Of a stretch of DNA of 64,000 bases, positions 27,893 to 37,859 are shown one piece after another. Each line of letters starts with the position of its first letter. Position 1 is the stretch's first letter. The DNA lies in contig JBMOMC010000002.1 in the NCBI GenBank assembly GCA_049325335.1, positions 256,001-320,000 of the forward strand. Reading direction: 5' to 3'. This DNA is from Nitrospirota bacterium (GTDB taxonomy: Bacteria; Nitrospirota; Nitrospiria; 2-01-FULL-66-17). The notes beneath the pieces are model-generated. The model was not told the origin of the DNA, made no database searches, and saw nothing but the letters and a program-made list of their open reading frames with translations. Both the position numbers and the translations under genes were made by a program.

Positions 27893-30829
27893 ATGCTGCA
27901 GGCAACTGGGCGATGGATCGTAGTGCTGGGAGCGCTCATCACGGGCGGTAGCCTTGTCGCGACGGCCGCGGCCCAACCGCCGCCGTCCGCCGTCCCTCCC
28001 GAGTTGGTTCAGCAGGCGCAGGATGCCTGTCGAACCTTGCAACAGGTCGATCCCAAGAAAGCCGATGAGTTGTGCGGCACACGGTCGTCCTCGGATCAGC
28101 CCTCATCACCCAGACGCATCGAGCGCGGAGCCGTGTCCCCTCGGCAGGAGGTTGAGGATCGTCACGACGAAGTGGACCAAGCGTGTCGATCCCTCAAAAA
28201 GTCGGATCCCGAGACCGCGGAGATCTTGTGCCGGCCACGGCCTCAAGAATCGGCTGAGGACGCGACGCGGGAGCGTGGTCCGATTGAGCCCGCTTTGGGA
28301 GTTCCGCCCAAGGCCGGGGAGTCGACTGACCGGTCTTCCGTTGTGCCCACGGTCTCCGAGTTGGAACGTTTCTTCCGCACGGAAGAGTCCAACGAGACCC
28401 CGGTTGAACTGTCAAACGAACCGTTGAAGCAATTCGGTTACGCGCTCTTTCAGGACTCGGAGACCACGACGGCATTCACGCCCGGCGTGGACGTCCCGGT
28501 GAGCCCGGACTACGTGATCGGGCCGGCGGATGAATTCACGATCACCATCTGGGGCCTCGTCGACGGCCTGTACAAGGTCCAAGTGGATCGTAACGGCGAA
28601 ATCACGTTGCCGCGCGCCGGGGTCATCCCGGTTGCGGGTTTGCGGTACGACGAGTTGCGGCCGTTCTTGGAGCGCCACTTGGCCAAGTACTACCAAGACT
28701 TTCACTTGAGCGTGGGCATGGGGCGGTTGCGCAGCATCCGGGTGTACGTGGTGGGCGAAGCCGTCCATCCCGGCAGCTACACGTTGAGCGCGTTGTCCAC
28801 CGCGTATCACGCGTTGTTCGCCGCTGGCGGACCGACCAAGCGAGGCAGCCTGCGAAAAATGCAGGTCATCCGTGGCGGGAAAACCACGGCGTCGATCGAT
28901 TTGTATGATTTTCTCATGAAGGGCGATCGTACGCAGGACGTGAAGTTGCAGCATGAGGATACGATTCTGGTGCCGCTGATCGGCTCGACCGTGGCCGTGT
29001 CCGGCAATGTGGTCCGACCCGCGATTTATGAAATGAAGGACAAGGCCTCGTTGGCGGACGCGCTCCGGTTGGCGGGCGGGCCGCGTCCGACCGCGGATCT
29101 CAATCGCGTGCAGATCGAACGCGTGGAGGCGCATGAGCAGCGGATCGCGGTGGATCTGGATCTTTCGCGACTCGACGAAGCTGCGGCCGTGCCGATCCGG
29201 AACATGGACGTGGTGAAGGTGTTTCCCATTCAGGCCACGGCGCGCAACGTGGTGCGGCTCGGCGGCCACGTGGTGCGGGCCGGCGAGTACCAATTCAAGC
29301 CTGGCATGCGTGTGCGGGATATCATCCCGTCGTACGAGCAGTTCCTCCCGGAACCGTCGCTCGAATATAGTGAAATCATCCGGTACGAACGGCCGACCAT
29401 GGCCCGCACCGTGCTCACCTTCAGTATCCAGGAAATGATGGCGGGCAACCCGCGCCATAACCTGGATCTCCAGGATCGCGACGAGATCCGGATCTATCCC
29501 GCGGCGCGTTTTCGCGACCCCGCGTTCGTGACGATCAGCGGCGCAGTGCGTCATCCCGGACGGTATCGCCTGTACCACGACATGACCGTGCTCGAACTCG
29601 TTCGTCAAGCGGGAGACCCCACCCCGGATGCGTTCACCGCGCGGTCGGAAATCCGACGCAAGGTTCAGAACGGAGACGCGGGTTTTGCGCGGGAGGTCGT
29701 GTATTTCCAACTTGATCGGTTGTTGGAGGGGGATGAGGCCGAGCGTAAAGCGCTGGCGCCTGATGACGAAGTGGTCATCACGGCCAAGAACGACGTGAAG
29801 GTGTTGCCGCACGTGAAGGTCAGCGGAGAAGTGAAACGGCCGGGCTCGTACCCGTTGATGAAGGGCATGCGGGTGAAGGATCTGGTATTCCAGGGCGGGC
29901 TCACCCGGGAATCAGCGACCAGCGAGGCCGAACTGGTGCGGTTCACCCCGTCGTCCGTGGCGGAACAAGGGGATCGCGAGGTCATGCCGATCGATCTGGC
30001 GCGCGTGCTAGCGGATGATCCGGCTCAGAATATGCCGCTTCAGGGCGACGACGAACTGCTGGTCAAACAAGTGGGGGAGCTCAAGCGACAATACCGCGTG
30101 AGCGTGGAAGGCGAGGTGCAATTCCCCGGCTCGTACGTGGTCCGCTCCGGCGAACGCATGAGTTCGTTGATTCGGCGCGCGGGCGGCTTCACGGACAAGG
30201 CGTATCTGCGCGGCGCGATTTTTACTCGTGAGAGCGTGCGAGCGAGCCAAGAACTCCAGCTCCAGGAATTCACCAATGCCCATACCCAGCGCGTGACCGC
30301 GGAGGCCGCGTCCTTGGCCATGGGGGGGCTCTCGAAAGACGAGGCCGAAGCCGCTCGGTTTGAATTGTCCACGCGACAGGAAGCCGTGAAACTCTTGGCA
30401 TCCAAAACCGTGCTGGGCCGAGTCGTGGTCCGCTTGGACCAGCCCGAGGCGCTCGAGGGCGGCCCTGACGACCTGACACTGGAAGACGGCGACCGGCTGG
30501 TGATCCCCCAACCGCCCTCGTCAGTGGCGGTGTTGGGCAGTGTGCGCAATCCCACCGCGGTGGTGGCGCATTCCGCCAAAGCGATCAAGGACTATGTCGC
30601 GATGGCGGGCGGGTATTTGCCGAATGCGGATCGCAAGGCCATCTACCTGGTGAAAGCGGACGGCTCGTCCGTCAGCCCGGATGAGGTCAAGACCGTGGAA
30701 GCCGGTGACGCGATTCTGGTTCCACCACAGATGGAGGCCAAGTACCGTCCGTTGCCGCTCTGGCGGGACATCGCCACGATCGTAGGGCAGTTTGCGATCG
30801 CGATTGCAGCGGTGGTGGTGATTTTTTAG
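27893..30829 (+). CDS. Large polysaccharide export protein with multiple SLBB domains (Wza/KpsD/OtnA-like)
   Basis: Signal peptide, LKQFGY..F, PDYVIGP.D, repeated V.V.G.V..PG.Y SLBB units, C-terminal amphipathic helix. Confidence 0.88.
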   Translation: MLQATGRWIVVLGALITGGSLVATAAAQPPPSAVPPELVQQAQDACRTLQQVDPKKADELCGTRSSSDQPSSPRRIERGAVSPRQEVEDRHDEVDQACRSLKKSDPETAEILCRPRPQESAEDATRERGPIEPALGVPPKAGESTDRSSVVPTVSELERFFRTEESNETPVELSNEPLKQFGYALFQDSETTTAFTPGVDVPVSPDYVIGPADEFTITIWGLVDGLYKVQVDRNGEITLPRAGVIPVAGLRYDELRPFLERHLAKYYQDFHLSVGMGRLRSIRVYVVGEAVHPGSYTLSALSTAYHALFAAGGPTKRGSLRKMQVIRGGKTTASIDLYDFLMKGDRTQDVKLQHEDTILVPLIGSTVAVSGNVVRPAIYEMKDKASLADALRLAGGPRPTADLNRVQIERVEAHEQRIAVDLDLSRLDEAAAVPIRNMDVVKVFPIQATARNVVRLGGHVVRAGEYQFKPGMRVRDIIPSYEQFLPEPSLEYSEIIRYERPTMARTVLTFSIQEMMAGNPRHNLDLQDRDEIRIYPAARFRDPAFVTISGAVRHPGRYRLYHDMTVLELVRQAGDPTPDAFTARSEIRRKVQNGDAGFAREVVYFQLDRLLEGDEAERKALAPDDEVVITAKNDVKVLPHVKVSGEVKRPGSYPLMKGMRVKDLVFQGGLTRESATSEAELVRFTPSSVAEQGDREVMPIDLARVLADDPAQNMPLQGDDELLVKQVGELKRQYRVSVEGEVQFPGSYVVRSGERMSSLIRRAGGFTDKAYLRGAIFTRESVRASQELQLQEFTNAHTQRVTAEAASLAMGGLSKDEAEAARFELSTRQEAVKLLASKTVLGRVVVRLDQPEALEGGPDDLTLEDGDRLVIPQPPSSVAVLGSVRNPTAVVAHSAKAIKDYVAMAGGYLPNADRKAIYLVKADGSSVSPDEVKTVEAGDAILVPPQMEAKYRPLPLWRDIATIVGQFAIAIAAVVVIF

Positions 30830-30830
30830 A

Positions 30831-30855
30831 GGGCGGGATTACAACCCGCCCGTAC
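30831..30855 (-). repeat. REP-like short palindrome (gtac-GGGCGGG-ttgtaat-CCCGCCC on the minus strand)
   Basis: Perfect 7-bp stem right after the export gene stop. Confidence 0.45.
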
Positions 30856-30875
30856 TCGCGAAAGGATGTCGCGGC

Positions 30876-31658
30876 GTGCTGTATCGTGCTGAAACCGAGA
30901 CCCTGGAGCCGGAGCGCGAGGTCGCACTTTCGGTCCAGGACGATCCGGAACCCACGTTGGAGGACTACGCCCGTGTGGTGTGGGGGGGGCGATGGGTGAT
31001 CCTGGCGGCGGTTGCGCTCGGGACCGTCACAGCCGCCGCGGTGAGTGTCAATACTCCGAAGACCTATACCGCACAAGCTACGGTGATGCCGTTGGGATCT
31101 GAGCGGGGCGGCGGGTTGGCCTCGGCGTTGTCGGGGTCGCTGGGGGGCGCGTTGGGGATCGAAAACCCCAGCGATAAGTTGTTGGCCGTGTTCCAGAGCC
31201 GCCGGATCGCGGCCATGGTGGTCGAAGATCTCCATCTGATGGATCTGTTTACCCAGACGAACGGAACCCGGCTGACCCGCGATGAGGTAATTGAGGCCGT
31301 GCAGAAGGGTGTGGTGAAGGTAAGCGGCGGCGGTCGCGGACTCATTACCGTGCGCGCGCAGTGGCGCGACCCGGCCATAGCCGCGGCCATGGCCAACTCA
31401 ACCATCGCGGCCACCGGGCGGTTTCTCAACGAGCACTCCATCAGCATGAACTTTCAAGTGTTGGACGAAGCCGTGCCGCCGCTTCGGGCCAGTAGCCCCA
31501 GGATTCGATTGAATGTCGCCACGGCCTTCGCGGTGTCCGTGTTCGCTGGACTGGTGTTCGTATTCGTCAGGGAATACGTCCGAGGGTTGCGTGGGCGTCG
31601 AACTTTCAATGGCCATCACGGGGCGGAGAGCGTGCCGAACGGGTTCCGGAGCGAGTGA
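30876..31658 (+). CDS. Wzz/GumC-type polysaccharide co-polymerase (short)
   Basis: Two TM helices, P.TY.A.AT, QVLDEAVPP..SSP. Confidence 0.8.
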   Translation: MLYRAETETLEPEREVALSVQDDPEPTLEDYARVVWGGRWVILAAVALGTVTAAAVSVNTPKTYTAQATVMPLGSERGGGLASALSGSLGGALGIENPSDKLLAVFQSRRIAAMVVEDLHLMDLFTQTNGTRLTRDEVIEAVQKGVVKVSGGGRGLITVRAQWRDPAIAAAMANSTIAATGRFLNEHSISMNFQVLDEAVPPLRASSPRIRLNVATAFAVSVFAGLVFVFVREYVRGLRGRRTFNGHHGAESVPNGFRSE

Positions 31659-33082
31659 AGGTTGTTACGTGCGTTATGGCGCTCCTGGTTACTGCACCGG
31701 CGTTCGCCGCGGAACCGCACCTGCCTACTGATGACCTTCTCTACCGACGGCTGGAATGGTTGGCGGCGCTGGGTCTTGTCAACGAGGGCTTGCTGGGGAC
31801 GCGTCCATTAACCAAGGATGCCCTGGGGTCGATGTTGCGGGAGATCCGCATCAATGCCGCTGGATCGTCGGATCCGTGGATCACGGCCGATGTCCAGACC
31901 GTTGAACGCCGACTGGTGTCCATGGGGTCGATGGGCGATGCGCGGTTCGAAGGCCGCTTCGTCCAAGGGGACGGACCCGCGGTTCCCACGGGCATCGAGC
32001 GGCACGGGGACCAATTGTCGGATGGAGGGAATGCCCGCGTGGGGGCGTCGCTGGGCGGATCGTTGAGCGGGTGGCTGGCATGGGGCTACCATCCCGAACT
32101 TCGTTATCCGGTCGGGGTGACCGACGATCTGGATCTTGCCGCGCGCTCGGCCTACGTGGAACTGGCGGGCAAGGGACTGGCGTTGACCGTGGGCCGCGAG
32201 TCGCTCTGGTGGGGGCCGGGGTATCGCGGAACATTGTTGGTGACCGATCATGCGGCGCCGTTTGATCTAGTCCGGGTGGAGACGAGTCGACCGTGGTACC
32301 TCAAGTGGATCGGCCCGATGTCGGCCCATGTGTTCGTCACGCGGTTGGAGGCGGATCGCCTCGCGATTCCCCGTCCGTTCCTGGCCGGGTTTCGTCTTGC
32401 GTTCCGTCCGTGGCCTGAGCTAGAATTCGGCCTTTCGCGGACCGCAATGTTCGGCGGTGAGGGCCGCCCGGTAACCGCTGGGCTCATCTGGGACGTGATC
32501 CGGGCGAAAGGCGAGAACGACACGCGTAATCCCGGCAATCAGCTCGGGGGAATCGACGCGACGATCCGGATTCCGTGGCGCCCGCAACCGGTCGCTTTGT
32601 ACCTGGAGTGGGCTGGAGAAGATGAGGCGAACGGGTTTCCGTCACACCCTGCCGTGGTCGCGGGCGTGTATCTCCCAACCCTAGCCGGCTCTTCCCAGTG
32701 GTCGTTACGGACCGAGTGGGCGGACAACGCGTTCGCGGACGTGCCGGGTATCTGGTATCAACACGCGGTGTATCAATCGGGATATACCTACCAGGGCGTG
32801 GTGATCGGCCATCCCATGGGAACGGATGCCAGAATGCTCAGTATGGAACTGGACCGACGCGTCACACCGGAGTGGATGGTCAGTGCGTTGTATGACGCTG
32901 TGACAAGCGGCGTGTTCGGACCGGGCGAGACGTCGGGGCGAAGTCCCGGGGTGCGACTCGTGTATGAGTCGGCGACGTGGTCAACGGCCATGGAGTACCG
33001 CTATACGCGAATGGAAGAGCCCCTTGGTCCCTCGCACGATGATGGGCACGTCGTCAGTTTTTCCGTTCGCACAGGATGGTGA
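31655..33082 (+). CDS. wzi: Capsule assembly Wzi family outer membrane protein
   Basis: GRESLWWGPG..G.LL.TD, GNQLGG.D, GHPMG; terminal Trp. Confidence 0.85.
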   Translation: MKVVTCVMALLVTAPAFAAEPHLPTDDLLYRRLEWLAALGLVNEGLLGTRPLTKDALGSMLREIRINAAGSSDPWITADVQTVERRLVSMGSMGDARFEGRFVQGDGPAVPTGIERHGDQLSDGGNARVGASLGGSLSGWLAWGYHPELRYPVGVTDDLDLAARSAYVELAGKGLALTVGRESLWWGPGYRGTLLVTDHAAPFDLVRVETSRPWYLKWIGPMSAHVFVTRLEADRLAIPRPFLAGFRLAFRPWPELEFGLSRTAMFGGEGRPVTAGLIWDVIRAKGENDTRNPGNQLGGIDATIRIPWRPQPVALYLEWAGEDEANGFPSHPAVVAGVYLPTLAGSSQWSLRTEWADNAFADVPGIWYQHAVYQSGYTYQGVVIGHPMGTDARMLSMELDRRVTPEWMVSALYDAVTSGVFGPGETSGRSPGVRLVYESATWSTAMEYRYTRMEEPLGPSHDDGHVVSFSVRTGW

Positions 33083-33088
33083 CGAACT

Positions 33089-34198
33089 ATGGGTCCGGTT
33101 GCTGAAGACGAACCAAGGGTGACCGGGGATGCGGTCGGCGAGGAGTCGGTTGAGCTCTTCGACTACCTGCGCGTGATGTGGTCCCATCGGTGGCTCATTG
33201 GTCTGGGGACCGCGGCGGCGATCGGTCTAGCCTTGTGGTACGCCGTGTCTGCGCCCAGGACCTACCAGGCGTCGATGTTGCTGAAGGTCGGCACGGTGTT
33301 CACGTCCGCTGACGGCGGCAGCGCGCGGCTGGGCCTCATCGAATCGCCGAAAACCATTGCACAGGTCTTAACCGGCGACGCCATGCTCGATACACTGCGT
33401 GAGCGTTTGGAAGTCCCCGGACTCACGATCGGCGCGCTGCGCGGCGCGCTGAAGGTCCAGGTCGTGAAAAATGATTTGGACGTGGCGGCGACCACCCTCA
33501 TCGAGCTCAAATTGACCCTGACGGATCCCCGCCAGGCTGCCGACGGGCTCACATTTCTCGCCGAGACGTTGATGGCGGAGCACGCGCCCGTTTACGCCGC
33601 CGGATTGGCCATCATTGATCGCGAGCAGGAAGGCCTGAAAGAACGACTACTCGTCAACAAGAAACAGGAGGAGGGGTTGAGACTGCAGATCGCGGACCTG
33701 CGCGCCCAGGTGTCGTCGGAGGCGCGATACCGCGAGGGGCTTGATCGCAGTATCGCACGGATCGAAGCTGAAATGAGTCAGGCTCGAGCCCGCCTCACTG
33801 AAACCCCACCCAACGCGTCGGAAGCATTGTGGGAGCAGACGTTATTTCAAAGCCGCCAGGTGCATTTAGACGAGTTGTATCGCGAACGGAACGAAAGCGA
33901 GCTGCGGAGCAACGCGACCAAAACCCAGATGTTCGGGGTGGAGGGAACCGCAACCGGTCTGGCCGTGCAGCGGGGAGAGTATGAGAACCGGATTGCGGAG
34001 CTGACCGCGTACCGTACGCGATCCGAAAACACCAAGGTGCGGAGTGCGCCGGTGTTGCCGTCGGTCCCGGTCGGCCCCCAGCGGAGACTGATTGTGGGGC
34101 TTGGCGCAGTTATTGGATTGGTCAGCTTCATGCTGCTCGCGTTTTTTCTCGAATACGTGAGAACCGCCAGAGAGCGGAGGTTGTACGGACTGCGGTGA
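33089..34198 (+). CDS. Wzz-type chain-length determinant
   Basis: ELFDYLRV.W, two TM helices flanking a coiled coil, P.LP..PVGP. Confidence 0.82.
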   Translation: MGPVAEDEPRVTGDAVGEESVELFDYLRVMWSHRWLIGLGTAAAIGLALWYAVSAPRTYQASMLLKVGTVFTSADGGSARLGLIESPKTIAQVLTGDAMLDTLRERLEVPGLTIGALRGALKVQVVKNDLDVAATTLIELKLTLTDPRQAADGLTFLAETLMAEHAPVYAAGLAIIDREQEGLKERLLVNKKQEEGLRLQIADLRAQVSSEARYREGLDRSIARIEAEMSQARARLTETPPNASEALWEQTLFQSRQVHLDELYRERNESELRSNATKTQMFGVEGTATGLAVQRGEYENRIAELTAYRTRSENTKVRSAPVLPSVPVGPQRRLIVGLGAVIGLVSFMLLAFFLEYVRTARERRLYGLR

Positions 34199-34278
34199 CG
34201 CTCATAACCCACGGGAAAAGCGCGCGTCGATTCGGCGTACCTGAGCGTTGTAAGCGGGATTTCTAGTCACGGCTCACC

Positions 34279-35577
34279 ATGCCTACGCTCGACGATATTA
34301 ACCGGAAAAAATCCGCAATCGGCGTGATCGGCCTCGGGTACGTGGGCTTGCCGCTCGCGGTGGAGTTTGCGAAAGCGGGGTTCTCGGTCACCGGAATCGA
34401 TGTGGATGCCGCCAAGGTCGAGTCGTTGTCCCGGGGCCGCTCGTACGTGCAGGACGTGCCGGATCGCGATGTGCGGGCTGCGTTGCAGGCGGGCCGATTC
34501 AGGGCGACGACTGATTTTGCCGCGCTGCGTCGGCTGGACGCGGTGAGTATCTGCGTGCCCACGCCGCTTCGGAAGACCAAAGACCCGGATATCTCCTATA
34601 TCGCCGCCGCGACGAAACAGGTCGCCAAGTATTTACCCCAGGGGCAGCTCGTGGTGCTGGAGAGCACCACGTACCCGGGTACGACCAATGAAGTCGTGTT
34701 GTCCGCGTTAGCCAAGAACGGCAAACGCGTCGGTAAGGATTTCTTCCTCGCGTTTTCCCCGGAGCGGGTTGATCCCGGAAATCCGACGTTTCAGACCCGG
34801 AACACCCCCAAGATCATCGGCGGGGTCACGCCCCAGTGCACCAAGCTCGCGGTGGCGTTGTATCGGCACGCCGTGGACACCGTGGTTCCGGTCAGCTCCA
34901 CGCAAGCCGCCGAGATGGTCAAACTCCTGGAGAACACGTTCCGCGCCATCAACATCGGATTGGCCAACGAGGTGGCGCTGATGTGCCGCACATTGGGCAT
35001 CGACGTGTGGGAAGTGATCGACGCGGCCTCCACCAAGCCGTTCGGGTTCATGCCGTTTTATCCCGGGCCGGGCCTGGGCGGGCATTGCATTCCGATCGAC
35101 CCCTTGTATCTGTCGTGGAAACTCAAGGCATTCAACTACAACGCGCGCTTCATCGAACTGGCGAGCGAGATCAACACCAAGATGCCGGAGCACGTGGTGG
35201 AACTCGTGGCCGACGCGTTGAATCGCGCCAAAAAGAGCGTGAACGGAGCGAAGCTCCTGGTGGCGGGCGTGTCGTACAAGCGCAACGTGGACGACGTGCG
35301 TGAGTCCCCGGCACTGGACATCATCCGGCTGTTGGCGTCCAAGGGCGCGTCTGTCGCGTACACCGACCCTCACGTCCCCAAGCTGGACGTGGGCAACGGG
35401 CGGATACTCAAATCCGCCAGCCCCGACCGTGTGGCCTCGTACGACGCGGTGGTGATCGTCACCGACCACCATGCGTTCGATTATAAAGCCATGGTGGCGC
35501 AGGCCAAGTTGGTAATCGACACCCGCAATGCCACGAAAGATGTGAAGCAGGGGCGATCAAAGATCGTGAAGTTGTAA
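34279..35577 (+). CDS. UDP-N-acetyl-hexosamine 6-dehydrogenase (nucleotide sugar dehydrogenase, WbpA/WbpO family)
   Basis: GLGYVGLP, ICVPTP, ESTTYPG, SPERVDPGN, GPGLGGHCIP, DDVRESP. Confidence 0.92.
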   Translation: MPTLDDINRKKSAIGVIGLGYVGLPLAVEFAKAGFSVTGIDVDAAKVESLSRGRSYVQDVPDRDVRAALQAGRFRATTDFAALRRLDAVSICVPTPLRKTKDPDISYIAAATKQVAKYLPQGQLVVLESTTYPGTTNEVVLSALAKNGKRVGKDFFLAFSPERVDPGNPTFQTRNTPKIIGGVTPQCTKLAVALYRHAVDTVVPVSSTQAAEMVKLLENTFRAINIGLANEVALMCRTLGIDVWEVIDAASTKPFGFMPFYPGPGLGGHCIPIDPLYLSWKLKAFNYNARFIELASEINTKMPEHVVELVADALNRAKKSVNGAKLLVAGVSYKRNVDDVRESPALDIIRLLASKGASVAYTDPHVPKLDVGNGRILKSASPDRVASYDAVVIVTDHHAFDYKAMVAQAKLVIDTRNATKDVKQGRSKIVKL

Positions 35578-35586
35578 TACGTGACG

Positions 35587-36540
35587 ATGACTTACTTGGT
35601 CACCGGCGGAGCCGGGTTCATTGGCTCGCACATTGTCGGAGCGCTTCTTAGGAAGGGGCAAACCGTCCGGGTGCTCGATAACTTCGCGACCGGACGGCGC
35701 GCGAACCTCGATGCCGTGCGCGCGGCGTGCGGCGTGGGAGCGGACGATCCGCGGCTGACCGTGATCGAAGGCGACATCCGTGATCAACGGACGTGCGTTG
35801 ACGCGATCAGCGGCGTCAAGTATGTACTACACCAGGCCGCGTTGCCGTCCGTGCCGCGGTCCATCGCGGATCCCATCGGCACCACGGCCGTGAACGTGAC
35901 CGGCACGCTCAACGTGCTCTGGGCCGCAAAAGAAGCCAAGGTCAAACGCGTGGTGTACGCGTCGTCCTCGTCGGTGTACGGCGACACCCCGGTGCTGCCC
36001 AAGGTCGAATCCCTGCCCACGAATCCGCTCTCACCCTACGCGGTGAGCAAGTTGGCCGGCGAGCAGTTCTGCAAGGTGTTTTACCGCGCCTACGGCCTGC
36101 CGACCGTGGCCTTACGATACTTCAACGTGTACGGCCCGCGGCAAGACCCGGAGTCGCAGTACGCAGCCGTGATTCCCAGGTTCGTGGCCGCGCTCAAAGC
36201 CGGACGTCCCGTCACCATCTTCGGCGACGGCACGCAATCGCGGGACTTTACGTTTGTGGGCGATTGCGTGAACGCGAATCTGTTGGCCTGCGAGAGCCCA
36301 CATGCGGTGGGCGAGGCCATGAACGTGGCCTACGGCGAACGCACCACGCTCAACGCGCTCTATGCGGAACTGGCGCGCCTGCTCAAGTCATCGCTCAAAC
36401 CCGAATACACCGAGTCTCGGCCCGGCGACGTGAAACACTCGCTCGCGGACCTCACGCGCGCCGAAACGCTGTTGGGGTACAAGCCCGAGGTGGACATCAA
36501 AACCGGGGTGAGGCGGCTCGTCGAGGCCTGGCCCGCATGA
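35587..36540 (+). CDS. UDP-GlcNAc(A) 4-epimerase type extended SDR (WbpP/TviC-like)
   Basis: TGGAGFIGS, HQAALPSVPRS, SSSVYG, YAVSK, RYFNVYGPRQDP. Confidence 0.88.
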   Translation: MTYLVTGGAGFIGSHIVGALLRKGQTVRVLDNFATGRRANLDAVRAACGVGADDPRLTVIEGDIRDQRTCVDAISGVKYVLHQAALPSVPRSIADPIGTTAVNVTGTLNVLWAAKEAKVKRVVYASSSSVYGDTPVLPKVESLPTNPLSPYAVSKLAGEQFCKVFYRAYGLPTVALRYFNVYGPRQDPESQYAAVIPRFVAALKAGRPVTIFGDGTQSRDFTFVGDCVNANLLACESPHAVGEAMNVAYGERTTLNALYAELARLLKSSLKPEYTESRPGDVKHSLADLTRAETLLGYKPEVDIKTGVRRLVEAWPA

Positions 36541-37085
36541 TCGTCAAGGAAACTCCGCTTGCCGGCCTGCTGGTGATCGAGCCGCGCGTGTTTCGCGACG
36601 ACCGCGGATTCTTTTGGGAGACGCACCACGCGCGCCGGTACGCCGAGGCCGGGATCGCGGACCCGTTCGTCCAGGACAATGCGTCGCGGTCCACGAAGGG
36701 CACGCTCCGCGGCCTGCACTATCAGCTCAAACGCCCGCAGGGCAAGCTGGTGTGGGTCATACGCGGCGAGGTGTTCGACGTGGCGGTGGACATCCGGAAA
36801 AATTCACCCACGTTCGGCAAGTGGCACGGTGAGCGGCTATCCGGAGATGAGCCAAAACAACTGTACATTCCCCCAGGGTTTGCCCATGGGTTTTGCGTGT
36901 TGAGCGAGTCGGCGGATTTCATGTACAAGTGCACCAACCTCTACGCGCCCGACGATGAGCGGGGGATCCTGTGGAACGATCCGGACATCGGGATCGAGTG
37001 GCCGCTCGTTGAGCCGAGGCTCTCGGACAAGGATCAACGGTTCCAGCGGCTGCGCAACGTCCCTCCCGTGGATCTGTTCGGATGA
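36537..37085 (+). CDS. rfbC: dTDP-4-dehydrorhamnose 3,5-epimerase
   Basis: F.DDRGFF.E, FVQDN.S.S, LRGLHYQ, DVAVDIR, GFAHGF, WNDP.IGI.WP. Confidence 0.93.
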   Translation: MIVKETPLAGLLVIEPRVFRDDRGFFWETHHARRYAEAGIADPFVQDNASRSTKGTLRGLHYQLKRPQGKLVWVIRGEVFDVAVDIRKNSPTFGKWHGERLSGDEPKQLYIPPGFAHGFCVLSESADFMYKCTNLYAPDDERGILWNDPDIGIEWPLVEPRLSDKDQRFQRLRNVPPVDLFG

Positions 37086-37267
37086 GCGACCAATCGTCCG
37101 AACAGGCGGCGAAGAACCTGGCCGCCTGGGCCGAGATCACGGATCTGTGCTTGGCGCTGCGGCGCGCGGTACTGGCCCAGTCGATCCCCGCGGAGCAGGT
37201 CGAGGCGCGACTGTTTGCCGAGATTCGGGAACGGAAAGAGCGCGCGTGGCGAATGACGCCTACCTGA
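37082..37267 (+). CDS. Small helical hypothetical protein, likely partner/antitoxin of the downstream nucleotidyltransferase
   Basis: 61 aa; ATGA overlap with the rfbC stop; overlaps the start of the NTase fragment. Confidence 0.55.
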   Translation: MSDQSSEQAAKNLAAWAEITDLCLALRRAVLAQSIPAEQVEARLFAEIRERKERAWRMTPT

Positions 37268-37458
37268 CCGCGGTTATCAGGGTATTGCAGGCGCAGCACG
37301 TAGACTTCGCTCTTGCCGGCGGTCTCGCATACAGCGCGTTGGTGACGCCGCGCGCGACCGTGGATATCGATGTCCTAATCCTCATGCCGACGCGTCCGCC
37401 GACCGATCTCTTCGAGGGCCTTCGCGCCGCGCTACCGGGCCGGTCGGAGTCCTCGTGA
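37246..37458 (+). pseudogene. Truncated nucleotidyltransferase (AbiEii/DUF6036-like N-terminus)
   Basis: FALAGGLA....PRATVDIDVLI motif, but only about 70 codons before the stop. Confidence 0.65.
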
Positions 37459-37859
37459 TGGGATCGTTCGACCCGGTGGTCCACGTCATTCGCCGCCGGC
37501 TGCCGGACGTCGTGGCGATCGACCGTTACGGGTCGGTGGTGACCGAGTACGAAAGGCGGGATAGCGACGTGGACCTCGCGGTGCTGCCCGCGCGACCGTT
37601 GACATTCGATATCAGTCTGAAGCTCGCGGGGGACGTGGGGGACATGGTGCGGCGGCCCGTTGATCTCGTCGATTGGCTGAAGGCGCCCACGATTCTTCTG
37701 GTGCAGATCATCGCCTATGGCGAGCGGTTGTATTGCGCCGACGAGCGCGCCTGCGCCGTGTTCGAGGACGACGTGTTTTCCTCGTACGCCAAATTCAATG
37801 AAGAGCGGCGGGAACTGGTGGCCGACATCCTCGCGCGCGGGAGCGTGTATGGCGGATGA
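37455..37859 (+). CDS. mntA: MNT (minimal nucleotidyltransferase) antitoxin, type VII TA
   Basis: Exact GSX10DXD motif (GSVVTEYERRDSDVD), VDLVD, C-terminal RG.VYG. Confidence 0.82.
   Translation: MMGSFDPVVHVIRRRLPDVVAIDRYGSVVTEYERRDSDVDLAVLPARPLTFDISLKLAGDVGDMVRRPVDLVDWLKAPTILLVQIIAYGERLYCADERACAVFEDDVFSSYAKFNEERRELVADILARGSVYGG

Noticed and set aside
27944..27955. ops-like GGCGGTAG near the start of the export gene
   Set aside because: Inside the signal-peptide coding region, imperfect 3' part, no JUMPstart context, and expected by chance in GC-rich DNA
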